This document shows, one piece after another, positions 12,532-22,965 of a stretch of DNA of 64,000 nt (the first letter of the stretch is position 1; the number at the start of each line of letters is the position of its first letter). A program made the position numbers and the translations under genes. The DNA comes from Dipteris shenzhenensis (Eukaryota): assembly GCA_047967505.1 (NCBI GenBank), contig CM106538.1; one strand, 5' to 3'. The notes under the pieces are model-generated. The model was not told the origin of the DNA, did no database searches, and saw nothing but the letters and a program-made list of their open reading frames with translations.

Positions 12532-13712
12532 CTAAATGACCGAATAGTCTTCTTGCCCTAAGTTGATAGGAAAATCTAAAGGCGACCACTTACTCCTACG
12601 AGATCTTTTAGTCTTCTCTCTTGGTGGGCCTGCCATCTTAGCATTTGAGGGCTCTAAGGACACCTTCTTCCTAGGGTAGTGGCGGTCCTGGAGAGGGGTC
12701 CGAGGTGGCACGACTTCTCTTCCCGAGGTCAAGGACCTCTACGTTAGAATTCTCGGTGCCTGATCCACCTAGAAGATTCACCTTTGGAATATTGGGACAT
12801 TCGGTGTGATAATGACCCTTCTGGTGGCACTCATAGCACACGACATTGGCACGTTCTCTTTGAGGGCAATTGGCTTGATTTTTGATGCCTACCACCTCAA
12901 GCCAAATATCATTTAGGACCTTGGCTAGGTCATTGACTCTGAGTTCTTTAGCAAGAGGGGCCAAGGGAGTAGGAAGGAGGAGGGCTTGTCGGCGAGGCTG
13001 GGGAAATCTTCCAGGTGGAGGGTGAGGATATACACCTTGTTGAGGGTAAGCATCTAAGGGAGGACCATACATTTCAAGTGGAGGCAGTGGGTACATCCCT
13101 GATGGGGGGTACGGGTATGCCCCTAAGTTGGACTCCCCAAGTTGTTGTTGCAAAAAATTGAGGGGGTTGCGAAGGGACAACCGTCTTCTTTGAAGCGGGG
13201 TCAGACTGAACTTTATGAAACTTTTGAGCAATCTCATGTGCTAGCGCCATGGTTTCTGGATTTTCCCATTTAAGCTTGAGGCAGAATTTGTCACTTGCTC
13301 CTACTACAAGGAATCCCAGCACATGCTAAGTCATTCTAGCTCAAAATCCAGTGTTGTCCTCCTGCATGGTAATTAAATGGTCCAGGAGCGCGGCCGCTCG
13401 ATCCACATATCAATGTGCCATCTCACCTTCTGACTACTTCAAGTTTGCCACCTGCAGGTACACATTCTCCGGCTCCTCTTCTTTGCTAAAATACTCGATC
13501 ATAGCTGCTATCAACCTCGGCCAACTTTGGCAAACATCTTCGGCCTGCTTCTCATACCACACTTGAGCCATACCCTCTAGAAATGTGGGAAGAACCAACA
13601 ACCATCTATCTTCAGTAAGAAAGTTGAGAGAAACACAACAGCGCTTGAAGGCCACAAGATACTCACTTGGATTTTCTTCAATCCGACCACAGAACATTGG
13701 AATGTCAGCCAT
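12532..13712 (-). pseudogene. Element C gag (retrotransposon gag plus CCHC knuckle)
   Basis: MADIPMFCG..LPTFLEGMAQVWYE..W..LIAAM; knuckle CYECHQKGHYHTEC; homologous to element E gag. Confidence 0.88.
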
Positions 13713-13953
13713 GCTTGAAAAATGGAAAAGAGAGAGGTGAAATGAGGCTTATCTATTGGCAAACAATGGAAAGAGGTAGCTTGAACTAAAAATCTGGTGA
13801 AGATACATCCACAAAGCACACATAGGTAGGGTAGGGTGTGACTAGTGTGTATTGTGAAACACTATACGGTAAGAATCTTCAGCATAGAATAGCTCATAGA
13901 CAATCTTAAAAGGACCAACCCTTATTGGTTGAGACATGATATTGCATCCATCT

Positions 13954-14118
13954 TTACAGGCGAGGGTTAGAAACACGGCATTGCATGAGGTTGTTCATCA
14001 AGGCAAACAAGAATGCCATGACAAATGTCAACAGTTGGAGAGCTTGCACATCACCTTCAACTTCTTCCCGTTCTTGTGGTCGCCATACTATTTCTTCAAG
14101 GGGTGTGCGATTTGGCAT
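13954..14118 (-). CDS. Accessory ORF-B of element C (54 aa, unknown function, hydrophobic C-terminal half)
   Basis: Hand-translated MPNRTPLEEIVWRPQEREEVEGDVQALQLLTFVMAFLFALMNNLMQCRVSNPRL*; aligns without gaps to 23459-23599. Confidence 0.75.
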   Translation of the reverse strand: MPNRTPLEEIVWRPQEREEVEGDVQALQLLTFVMAFLFALMNNLMQCRVSNPRL

Positions 14119-14251
14119 CCTTCTTTTGAGTAATGTCCTTAAGGACCTTTTTGATGTTGTTCCAAAGTTGGTAAACTCGTATCAAAGATGCACAACACTG
14201 AGTTTCATGATGACCACAACCTTTGCATTCTTTACAAATGATCACCCTCAT
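14096..14251 (-). CDS. Small CCHC zinc-knuckle ORF in the leader of C (51 aa)
   Basis: MRVIICKECKGCGHHETQC.. has C-x2-C-x4-H-x4-C spacing and overlaps the flanking ORFs. Confidence 0.45.
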   Translation of the reverse strand: MRVIICKECKGCGHHETQCCASLIRVYQLWNNIKKVLKDITQKKDAKSHTP

Positions 14252-14696
14252 TCGTGGCTTGCGGCTTTGTTGGGAAAGTTCTTCCACTCATTTTATGCGT
14301 GATTGAAGTACAAGCTTCATGTGCCAAGAAATAAGCAACTAAATTTTGAGCTTGAGGTATATGCTAAATTTTTACCTCTTCAAATTGTTTGCAAAGTTCC
14401 AATGCTTGTTGATGTTGTGGAACCAAGCCTTCGCTCTGCACCTTCCACCTTCTGCTAACTTGTTCACACACGAGTTGATAATATCCTTGCATCTCAAGTT
14501 TCTTGATGTGATGTTCTTGCACCTTTTGTAGCCTAAAAATGAGTGTCGAGTACTCAGCTTGGTCACAAGTACTTGCAGGTGCAGACTTGCTATAACAATA
14601 CACCTCACCCCCCAGTGAAGTGAGCTTCACACCTACACTAGCAGCCTTAGTCGAAGGTTTGTATGCTCCATCAAATTGAAGGATCCAAGATGTCAT
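14232..14696 (-). pseudogene. Free-standing archaeal-type RNase H (aRH) ORF upstream of gag, with a premature TAG at 14364-14366
   Basis: WILQFDGA..AEYSTLI..LEMQG.YQLVCEQV..WKV..L..F..V.I*HIPQAQN.VA.FLAHEA; aligns with the aRH in element E pol. Confidence 0.88.
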
Positions 14697-14920
14697 TACA
14701 CCAAGACTAAAATCCGGGCATCCCAGGTTTCTCAGTAGTCCAAGATAGGTAGAAGGAGGGGGTGGGGAGAATTCAATACTTGAGCAAGATGTTCCATGCC
14801 AAATAAACTTACAATCCTTTGTTGATAGTTTATCTTTCGACCAAAAAGAATTACAACTTGAAGCTCAAAATGTGGCACAAAGGGTTGATTAGGTACAAAG
14901 GGACTCCTTGGTCGAAACAT
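14696..14920 (-). pseudogene. Accessory ORF-A of element C (74 codons, one internal TGA)
   Basis: MFRPRSPFVPNQPF..VILFGRKINYQQRIVSLFG..PLLLPILDY*ETWDARILVLV*; homologous to 30758-30982. Confidence 0.8.
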
Positions 14921-15360
14921 TACCAACCATAGCCAAGCCCTAGAAACTGTTGTAGTCAGGTCGAGAAGAAATTGTTTAAGATGAGCTTATCCACAGGAAT
15001 TAATAAGCAGATGCACCAAATCTCCCCCCAAGCTTGTGGATCATCCCACCCTTGGAAGAATGTCACCCTTTTAATGACCTCTGATGCAGCAAGTAGCTCG
15101 ATCACCGCACAATGAGTAGAACTAGAATCAAAGCCCTCTGAGTGTATCAATAGGTCTTCACCTTGAATTATCCATGGTGTATCATCCCACCCGTCGTCTC
15201 CTCAAGCAATGCATTGTACAATTAGTTGTTGAAGATCAACATGAAGATGAAGGAAGAGATCTCGCCAATTGGTAGTTGTAATGAGCAGAGGACCAAGCGC
15301 CAAATCCTTGAACCTGTCGAGAAGTGACATAAATATCCACCCTCCTTGTGTGGCGTGCAT
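14920..15360 (-). pseudogene. Accessory ORF-0 of element C (~146 codons, two internal TGA)
   Basis: In-frame extension of ORF 14956-15150 from ATG 15360 to TAA 14922-14920, which overlaps the ORF-A ATG. Confidence 0.5.
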
Positions 15361-15659
15361 ACTTAAAAAAATTTCAAAATCTACAATCTAGTACGAGATA
15401 TGGATGGAGCACATGAAGTGTACTTTTTCTTTTTATAGCAAGATGAAACTCCCTACGGTTAGAGAGTTACAGTTCATGAGATTTCAAGATATAAGCAATA
15501 TCATTACACTTTAATCACTTCCTATTTGCTGGCCCATTGGTAAGTCTTCCTTTTGTGAATGGGGAGATCTTGGCTTCAATTCCCACTCCTTAATAAAAAG
15601 GAGAGGAGAGGAGAAGAGAAAGAGAAGAAGAAGAGGATAGAGGGGCGTGAGGTCTATTG

Positions 15660-15960
15660 CAGATGCACAGGAACAGTTTTGTAAACTCACAGGTTGGATG
15701 CGCAAGGACAGTTTTGACGCGCGGACGACCAGAAGACGTGATGCACAAGAACAGTTTTGCAAACGCATAGATTGGATGCGCAAGAACAGTTTTAATGCGT
15801 GGATGACCAAAAGATGCACAGTGCGCACGTAAGACAATGGGGATACACGTGTGACCAGTAGACGTGCAAATGCATGCACAGGAACCTAGAAGATGAGCAG
15901 GAACCGTGAGCAAAAGGCATGCAGGTTGGAGACGCAAAAATAGAGAAGTTTTGCAACCGC
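15660..15960. repeat. Degenerate tandem repeats (GATGC(A/G)CA..AACAGTTTT units) in the 5' LTR/leader of C
   Basis: Recurring gatgcacaggaacagtttt / gatgcgcaagaacagtttt with ~35-40 bp subunits and a ~77-bp period. Confidence 0.7.
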
Positions 15961-17109
15961 AGAGATGGAGAACCGCAAGCAGAAGACACGTAGATTAGAG
16001 GCACAGAATTAGAGAACCAAACACAAAAGATGCCGCAGAATCGCACATAGTCGTAGGAGTAACAGATGTCAACGGACGGATTGTATGCCACTAGTCATGG
16101 AGACTTCGTATCCCAGCAGCCACACCAATTCTATTAACTAGAAAAATAAATCAAGGCATGAGGCTTGACGCTAGGCATGGCGACGCCCGAGAGCCATAGA
16201 AGAAAAGGAAACGTGAGGGGAGAAGCATTAACATGGGTGGGGAAAAGGGATTAAGAGGGGTGGAAATGAAGAGGAGGACTATGGCACAAGGGGGAAAGGA
16301 GAGGGGGAAGAGAAGCATGTACATGATGGGAGGTGGAATGTAGAGATGGAGACATCAAGGAAAGAGAGTCATGCTTTATTTGAAAGGAAGGATGGGGAAA
16401 TCAAAGTACTAAATAGCTAGGTGGCTTTACAAGAATGAGCGTGTCCCATCAAGGAATAGCCCCCTCCTTTTATAGCCAAAAGAGGGGGTCTCTCCCAATA
16501 AATGCATCCTTCCACATGCATGGTGTGTGTGGAGGAATCTCGCATGTGGGCTAGGTGGATACGCACCCTCAATTGTATGCGACAACCCTTTGCCTCATTT
16601 TCCCACATAAATCAAACCCCATATCCCAAGTCTAAGATACTCCCTTGGTCTCTCCCCAATTTTATAATACGTTCAAACATCTAGGAGGACAAGTGGAGGA
16701 CTATCCTACTTTCCCCATTATTTAACTTGCACTCTTGGACTATCGACACCCCCCCCACATGGGCCTATCCTACATGGAGGGAATAATCCAATATAATATC
16801 CATCTCCAGCTATTTTATATTACTTCTCCCATGGTCCTTGGGCCATGTCTCACTAAATGCAGGCATGGGACCGCCTAGGTGGAGGGGTGGCACATGGAGG
16901 AACCATGCCACCTTAACATTTTATAATACTACTACCATGGATTATGTACAACACCTCTTATGGGTCCTCTTACGTGGAAGGGTGGTACATGGTCATGCCC
17001 TACCACCTCAACCCTAGGCCCTATGTACACCATATTGTATTATACTATTGCCACACATACAAGCACACACACATATTTATGCCTTTTACCTTGGTCAAAT
17101 TTATCCATA

Positions 17110-17113
<4 letters not shown>

Positions 17114-17163
<50 letters not shown>
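17114..17163. repeat. (TG)n microsatellite
   Basis: About 25 TG units adjacent to the 5' end of element C. Confidence 0.97.
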
Positions 17164-17167
<4 letters not shown>

Positions 17168-18162
17168 ACTAATATATCCAATATGCATCAGAATTTCCAA
17201 TGGTCATTTGTTCTTTTGGTATGTTGCTCCATATGGTCTAGCTGGCTACCATACATTATTGTTGGTAATGTAAATTTTATAGTAGTTAAAACTTTACATT
17301 GTGTTTTGAAGCATCTTTTAATTTGTCATGTTTTTAGACATGTCAATGTTGTAATTACCAATTACTATTTTATATACGTTCTTATTTGTAATTTGTAGAT
17401 TATATTGCCATAAGAATGTAATAAACATTTTGATCTAAAATGTTTGGGGTATTATCCGCTCTCAGTGTACCAAGTCTTTGGGCTTGGAGTTTATCTCCAA
17501 GGGCGTAACTATCTTTGGAGCTGACCTGGGTCCTGATAAAGCTACTCTTTGGGATGTGATCAGATATGCCACTCTCCATAGAATCTAGTCAGCCCGGTAT
17601 GATGCATCGGTTAATGGTGCTATTGTGTTTTCTATGTTGTGTAAGCATGCAGTTATAGATATAGGTGTCCATGTCTGGCTAGTTAGCCAGAGGTAGATGT
17701 TAGAGTTCATCTCTAGAACTTGTTGTATGAGATGGATTTTGGTTTTCACTGAGTAATAAAAGAGCAAACCGCTTTCAATAAAATTTTTTTAAAAAAAGTT
17801 TATTTGTGGTGAAACACCCCAAGCAGAGCCACAATAGCTCAGACAGTCTACTAGGGAAAGCGAACCTCCAGCCTGTTGGGATATCTCAAGGTGTATGCCT
17901 CAGGCACACCTTATGTTTCTATGTGTGAGTGCTAGAGGCACAGTTAGGTGCCCACAAGCACAGTTAGGTGGTGGAAAAGCCACATAGGATGATTGAGTGA
18001 ATCTAGGAGCAGATTGAGGAGATGATTGTGGAGCTTTGAGGTCATCAGTGATGTCAGTGACCTTGTATGAGGTGCCTACTTAAGGACCTCTTTCTTCTTC
18101 ATTCTATATGCAAGTATTCTGATTTTGTGTCAACTCTACTCTTTCCTTTCAGTATTCCAACA

Positions 18163-18175
18163 TGGTATCAGAGCC
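18163..18175 (+). promoter_or_regulatory. PBS (tRNA-iMet) of element D
   Basis: TGGTATCAGAGCC directly after the LTR end CAACA. Confidence 0.92.
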
Positions 18176-19016
18176 ATTTGATCCCCCTTGAGCCCATTTC
18201 TGCCACATCATCATCTTCTTCTTCATCTTCTTCTTCTCCACTTTCCTCTTTCTTCCCAAAATCTTTGAGAGCTTGGTTCTCCACCTACAAACGACCATTG
18301 CCCAAACCCTCTGAGCTGGAAACTCCTCTAGTATGGGCGAACTTCCACCTGCAAGCAATTGAAGAAAAAACGTCTGTGGTGGCTGCCATTCTCCAAACAG
18401 CGAATTTCTTCTGTTGCTCAATACTCCCTGCCTGCTCCGCCATTGCCTGAGCCCTCTTAGGAGTAGATGGGCGACCTCAAGACGAAGATTTTGAGCCATT
18501 TTTCAAGTCATTTGGTTTAGTAACGAGGGAGAAATCGTCAAAACTCAGTTTCAGCCTGTAGCAACTCTCCCGGGCAAAAGTGCACACCATTTCGTCCAAC
18601 CTCTGTGCTGGACCTTCTCTGGTATATGAGCTTTCTTTTGCTTCAGAAAGCCCTCTTTTCCTTGCTTTGAAGAGTGTGATATGAGCCCTCCAAGTTCAGC
18701 TCTCTAGTTTTGACAGTTTTGACATACTCTTGAAAATGATGCTACATAAAATGCTACTCTAGCATTTCTGGTCATTTGAAGTTTTCAATAACTTCACTAT
18801 AAGTGTTGCTTCAGTTTTGTTTTGACTTGCTAGACCTGGTTGTGATTGGAAAGAGTTTATTTCATCCACTCTTATGAAGCATGCAAAAGTAGCATCATTG
18901 TTTGAAAACTAGTCACTACTATTTGCTACATCAAGTGCCTATACTTTGGAAGTATTTCAGTTCTTTTTCACTTGTAAGAGAGAAGACACTACCCAATACT
19001 TGGGTTAGAGCCTCTC

Positions 19017-19418
19017 ATGGCTTGCTTATGCCAAATATGTGAAAAGCCAAAACATAAAGCAATGTCTTGTTATGCTACAAAGGATGAAAATGCCAACCTG
19101 ACTTCCTTATTGAAGATTGCCAAAACAATGGTTGCCAAAAAGGAAGCAACTACAGAGATCTACCCTCCCATAGCACTTTTATTTGACTCCAAGTACAAGA
19201 AAAAGATGAAGGTCAGACACCTAAGATATGCTTCTCTACACAACTATGGAGATGACAAGATAATTGTTCTCTTGAAGGATATGACTTTCAAATCCACTTG
19301 TTCTATCATAGTACCATCTTATAAGGCACTAGACACTGCCCATGTGGTAAGACCTTGCCTTGACATGGATATTTTGCCTCCACAAGATGAGGCATCCCAT
19401 GAAGATTATGCATTTTAA
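19017..19418 (+). CDS. 133-aa ORF with N-terminal CCHC zinc knuckle inside element D
   Basis: Intact ATG..TAA; CQICEKPKHKAMSC matches C-x2-C-x4-H-x4-C. Confidence 0.6.
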   Translation: MACLCQICEKPKHKAMSCYATKDENANLTSLLKIAKTMVAKKEATTEIYPPIALLFDSKYKKKMKVRHLRYASLHNYGDDKIIVLLKDMTFKSTCSIIVPSYKALDTAHVVRPCLDMDILPPQDEASHEDYAF

Positions 19419-20580
19419 ACTCATCTCTATGTATGCTCCAGATCTCTCTTTTTATGTCAAGGTACTCAGCCTGGATAGTCCTCCAAAATGAATGAAAATA
19501 AACTATTGTGTTTTGTGTGTTTTGTAAACACCTCTGGTCACCTTATGATGTAGGCCATGTGTATGTTTTGTTCCATGGTACCTCCTACAGACATTGTGTG
19601 CATGTACATGTAGGGGAGATAACCATTGGAAGGTCTGTTTTTATCCCTTTCTGTTTACCTTACACCCAAGGGAACCCTTGCTAGCATGAGAACCTAGCCA
19701 TAGATTAATCCTTGACCACCATGAGATGGCATGAGAAACTATGAGACTAGATGTATCCTTGACATAGCCTGAGGCATTCCCTTGAGGGGGGGTTTGTTGG
19801 GATATCTCAAGGTGTATGCCTCAGGCACACCTTATGTTTCTATGTGTGAGTGCTAGAGGCACAGTTAGGTGCCCACAAGCACAGTTAGGTGGTGGAAAAG
19901 CCACATAGGATGATTGAGTGAATCTAGGAGCAGATTGAGGAGATGATTGTGGAGCTTTGAGGTCATCAGTGATGTCAGTGACCTTGTATGAGGTGCCTAC
20001 TTAAGGACCTCTTTCTTCTTCATTCTATATGCAAGTATTCTGATTTTGTGTCAACTCTACTCTTTCCTTTCAGTATTCCAACACAGCCAGATTAACATAT
20101 GCTCAAAAAGGCAAAGCAATTTAGGTTGAAACGACCAACTATACTCTTATGACTACCATCATGGCTATAGAACAGCCAAAGATGGAGTATACAAGCCAAA
20201 ATGGCAAACTGCTATGAATGAAGAAATGGATGCTTTGTATAAGAATAATACTTGGGAATTATGCAACCTTCCACCGGGAAAGAAGGCCATAGCAAACAAA
20301 TGGGTATACAAAGTGAAGTACAATCTAGATGGAAGTATTCAAAGATACAAAGCCAAACTAGTTGCAAAAGGATTTGCACAGTAATATGGTCAAGACTATG
20401 ATGAGACTTATGCTCTAGTTGCAAAGATGGATTCCATACGATCCTTGATATCACTAGCGACACTCAGCAGATGGAATGTGTATCAGCTCGATGTCAAGAA
20501 TGCATTTCTCAATGGTTACCTAGACGAGGAAGTCTACATGCAACAACCAGCAAGTTATGTTGAACCAAGAAAGGAGAATA

Positions 20581-20970
20581 AGGTTTAGGGTTAGATGCTA
20601 TAAAGGAAAGGGTTAGATGCCCTAACCCTAATCCTAAATGGGTTTGTATATATTCTACATTTTCAACTAAATCTAGTGTACAGTCAGTCATTTGTGGTGT
20701 GCTCTCTAGCTATGCCCTCTCTCCTCATCTCCACTCTTCTCCGCTCCCCTCTTCATATTTTTTCCATCATGTGATCATATGTGCATAACACTAACTAAAT
20801 AGAGTGCTATAAAGGAAAGGGTTAGATGCCCTAACCCGAACCCTAAATGGGTTTGTATATATTCTACATTTTCAAATCTAGTGTACAATTAGTCATTTGT
20901 GTTGTGCTCTCTAGTTGTGCCCTCTCTCCTCATCTCCACTCTTCTCCTCTCCCCTCTTCATATTTTGTCA
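20581..20970 (+). repeat. Two tandem partial copies of the copia A LTR
   Basis: Units of ~210 bp (gctataaaggaaagggttagatgccctaacc..cccctcttcatatttt) are inverted homologs of part of 483-741. Confidence 0.85.
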
Positions 20971-22383
20971 ACTTATAGTATCAATCCATATTAGACTAAA
21001 CTAGATCTACATTGGTCAAACAAAGGTCTAAGACAATCGCCCAATAGTGAATCAGTAGGAAGGGACTCACCTGATACCATAAAAGGGATCCCATTTCCCT
21101 CATTGCAATGTTAGCATATAGTAGGTCTTTTAGCCAACATCAGATTGCAAGACTCCCCATAGCCCAAGGAGCACTTATTAGCCTTTAATAATGATAGGAG
21201 TGGGAGAAAAGGAGCAAAATACCTCTCTCCACCTTACCTTCCCACCTCACCATCATAGGAAGGGATAGTGTGATGCCAAAAATTGATATTTTTAATTTGG
21301 CATTGGTATTGTTTTTCTCTATGTTTGATAAGAGTTTGAGTATCAAGTGATAGCCTAGCGGCTCTCACTTATTTCTATTTTCTATGATATTGTATGGGAT
21401 GGAGAGGATGAGTGGAATGGCTCATTGTAAATACCATAGGTATGAATTATAAATACCTTGGTATGGGGTGAGAGTTATTTGTGTATGGGATTTTATGGAG
21501 TTTTTTAGAAAATAGGAAGAGTGAGTCATATAAAGAGGTGGGCTCATGTCCATGTGTTCCAATAATATAAGAGAGGCCACATGCCAAGCGTGTGGAAGGC
21601 ATGTGGAGGAGTGTGAAGTCAAGAGGAATCCTTCTAGAACTCCTATGTGGAATAAGGAGGATGTGGACATGTGGAAAAGAGAGGGTCCCTATGGACTCCA
21701 TGTGAGGAGACTCTTGACTTTCTCAATATTTTAGGAGTCTTGAGCATCTTGTGATGGGACACATGGCAAGAGTAGCCAAAAAGGACATGGATGGTGACAT
21801 ACGTGCTTATGTGATTGATGGGGAAAGGAATCTACAGGTAGCAATTGTAAATGGGTGAAGGAGGGTAACAAAATCTCTATAAAAGGAACCCTCCTCTCCC
21901 TTGTTCATCAATCTCTTCCACCATTAGGCCTTATGTTGCTATAGCTCTAGTCTCCCCAAGCCTCTTCCATGAGCCTTCTCTCCCTCTTGTAGATATTCTC
22001 TTATGTAGACTCTTGAGTCCATCTCTCTCTAGTTTATTCTCTCTCTATGAGTAGTCTTGGAGCTTCCGCTCCCTCTTGTATGTATGAAACCTCTTCTTCT
22101 CCCTTGTGTTTGTAATGTTGGAGTGGATTCTCACTCTATTTGTAATGAAGGTCACTTCAGGTTCTCTCTCTCTTGAGTGTCTCTTCCCTTTTCTTTCTTT
22201 CAAAGCCTTAAAAGTTCTTTCTATTCGGCTGCTCACTGTGCACACATGGTCCATCTATTTCCTGAGCCACCATGCAAACTTCTTCCCCTCATCTAGGCGA
22301 AATCAATGAGGGGTGGATCGTTGATGAAGGTGGAGTCTTGAGGGAGCATCCTGCTCAGGCGAAATTAGCATGGATGGAGGGCA

Positions 22384-22920
22384 ATTTTCATGACAGTTTG
22401 ACCCCCTGTTAGTATTTTGCTCATAACTTTCTGCCGGTAGTCCGATTGTAATGAAATTTATATCAGCGCGAAGCTCTCTTTAAGGGCATGTTTGTATGTG
22501 GTCAGATCTTGAATCAAATACTGCTGCAATAAGTTATGATTCTCTGTGTGTGACAGTCTGTTTTTATGACAGTTTTTTCCCCCGTCTAGTAAACTGTCCA
22601 TAACTTTTTGGCCGCTTCTCTGTTTCTTACGAAACATATATCAGCACGAAGCTCTCTTTAAGGCGCATGTCTCTAATGCTTATATCTTGAATCAGATACT
22701 ACTGCAAAATGTTATGAGTCTCTGTGTCTGACAGTCTGTTTTCATGATAGTTTTTACCCCCTTTGAGTAAACTATCCATATCTCTTCAACCGTCTGTCTG
22801 TTTTCAATGAAACTTATATCAGCGCGAAGCCCATCTCAAGGCGCATCTCTTTGTTGATTGAATCTTTGATATCATGTCTCTACTGAAAGTTATAGGTCTT
22901 TGTGTCTAATGACAGTTTGT
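22384..22920. repeat. Three ~178-bp tandem repeats inside the LTR of E (also ~30175-30710)
   Basis: TATCAGC anchor at 22461, 22639 and 22817. Confidence 0.85.
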
Positions 22921-22965
22921 AGAGTGTTTTGAGCTAAGTATAAAGGTGTCTATGAAGGAGGTGCA

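Larger units (their letters stand above)
8724..17111 (-). mobile_element. Ty3/gypsy non-chromovirus element C (degenerate) with a multi-ORF leader
   Basis: gag-PR-RT-RH-INT order on the minus strand. PPT GGGGGGGGAAC (8781-8791) is followed by TGTTATGGATAAATTTGACC, and the same ~55 bp recur at ~17060-17111. Boundaries are approximate. Confidence 0.8.
17874..20083 (+). mobile_element. Non-autonomous LTR element D (2.2 kb, TRIM/TR-GAG-like), very young
   Basis: 289-bp LTRs at 17874-18162 and 19795-20083 with no differences seen. TSD CAGCC at 17869-17873 and 20084-20088. PBS TGGTATCAGAGCC at 18163. PPT GAGGGGGGG. Confidence 0.96.
17813..20580 (+). pseudogene. Plus-strand copia family-A fragment (INT-RT linker and RT N-terminus) split by element D
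   Basis: 17813-17873 joined to 20089 onward is an inverted paralog of ~1530-1875 and continues into RT (NKWVYKVKY, RYKAKLVAKG, QLDVKNAFLNG). Confidence 0.85.

Noticed and set aside
15290-15302. TGGCGCTTGGTCC (minus) as the PBS of element C
   Set aside because: No adjacent CA LTR end and no second LTR to fix the boundary; it also lies inside ORF-0.
16944-17398. ORFs with CVCVCV runs
   Set aside because: Translation of the (TG)n microsatellite.
21422-22309. Short ORFs in the LTR of E, repeated at 29212-30098
   Set aside because: They recur only because the LTR is duplicated; no motif and no homolog in element C, unlike ORF-A.
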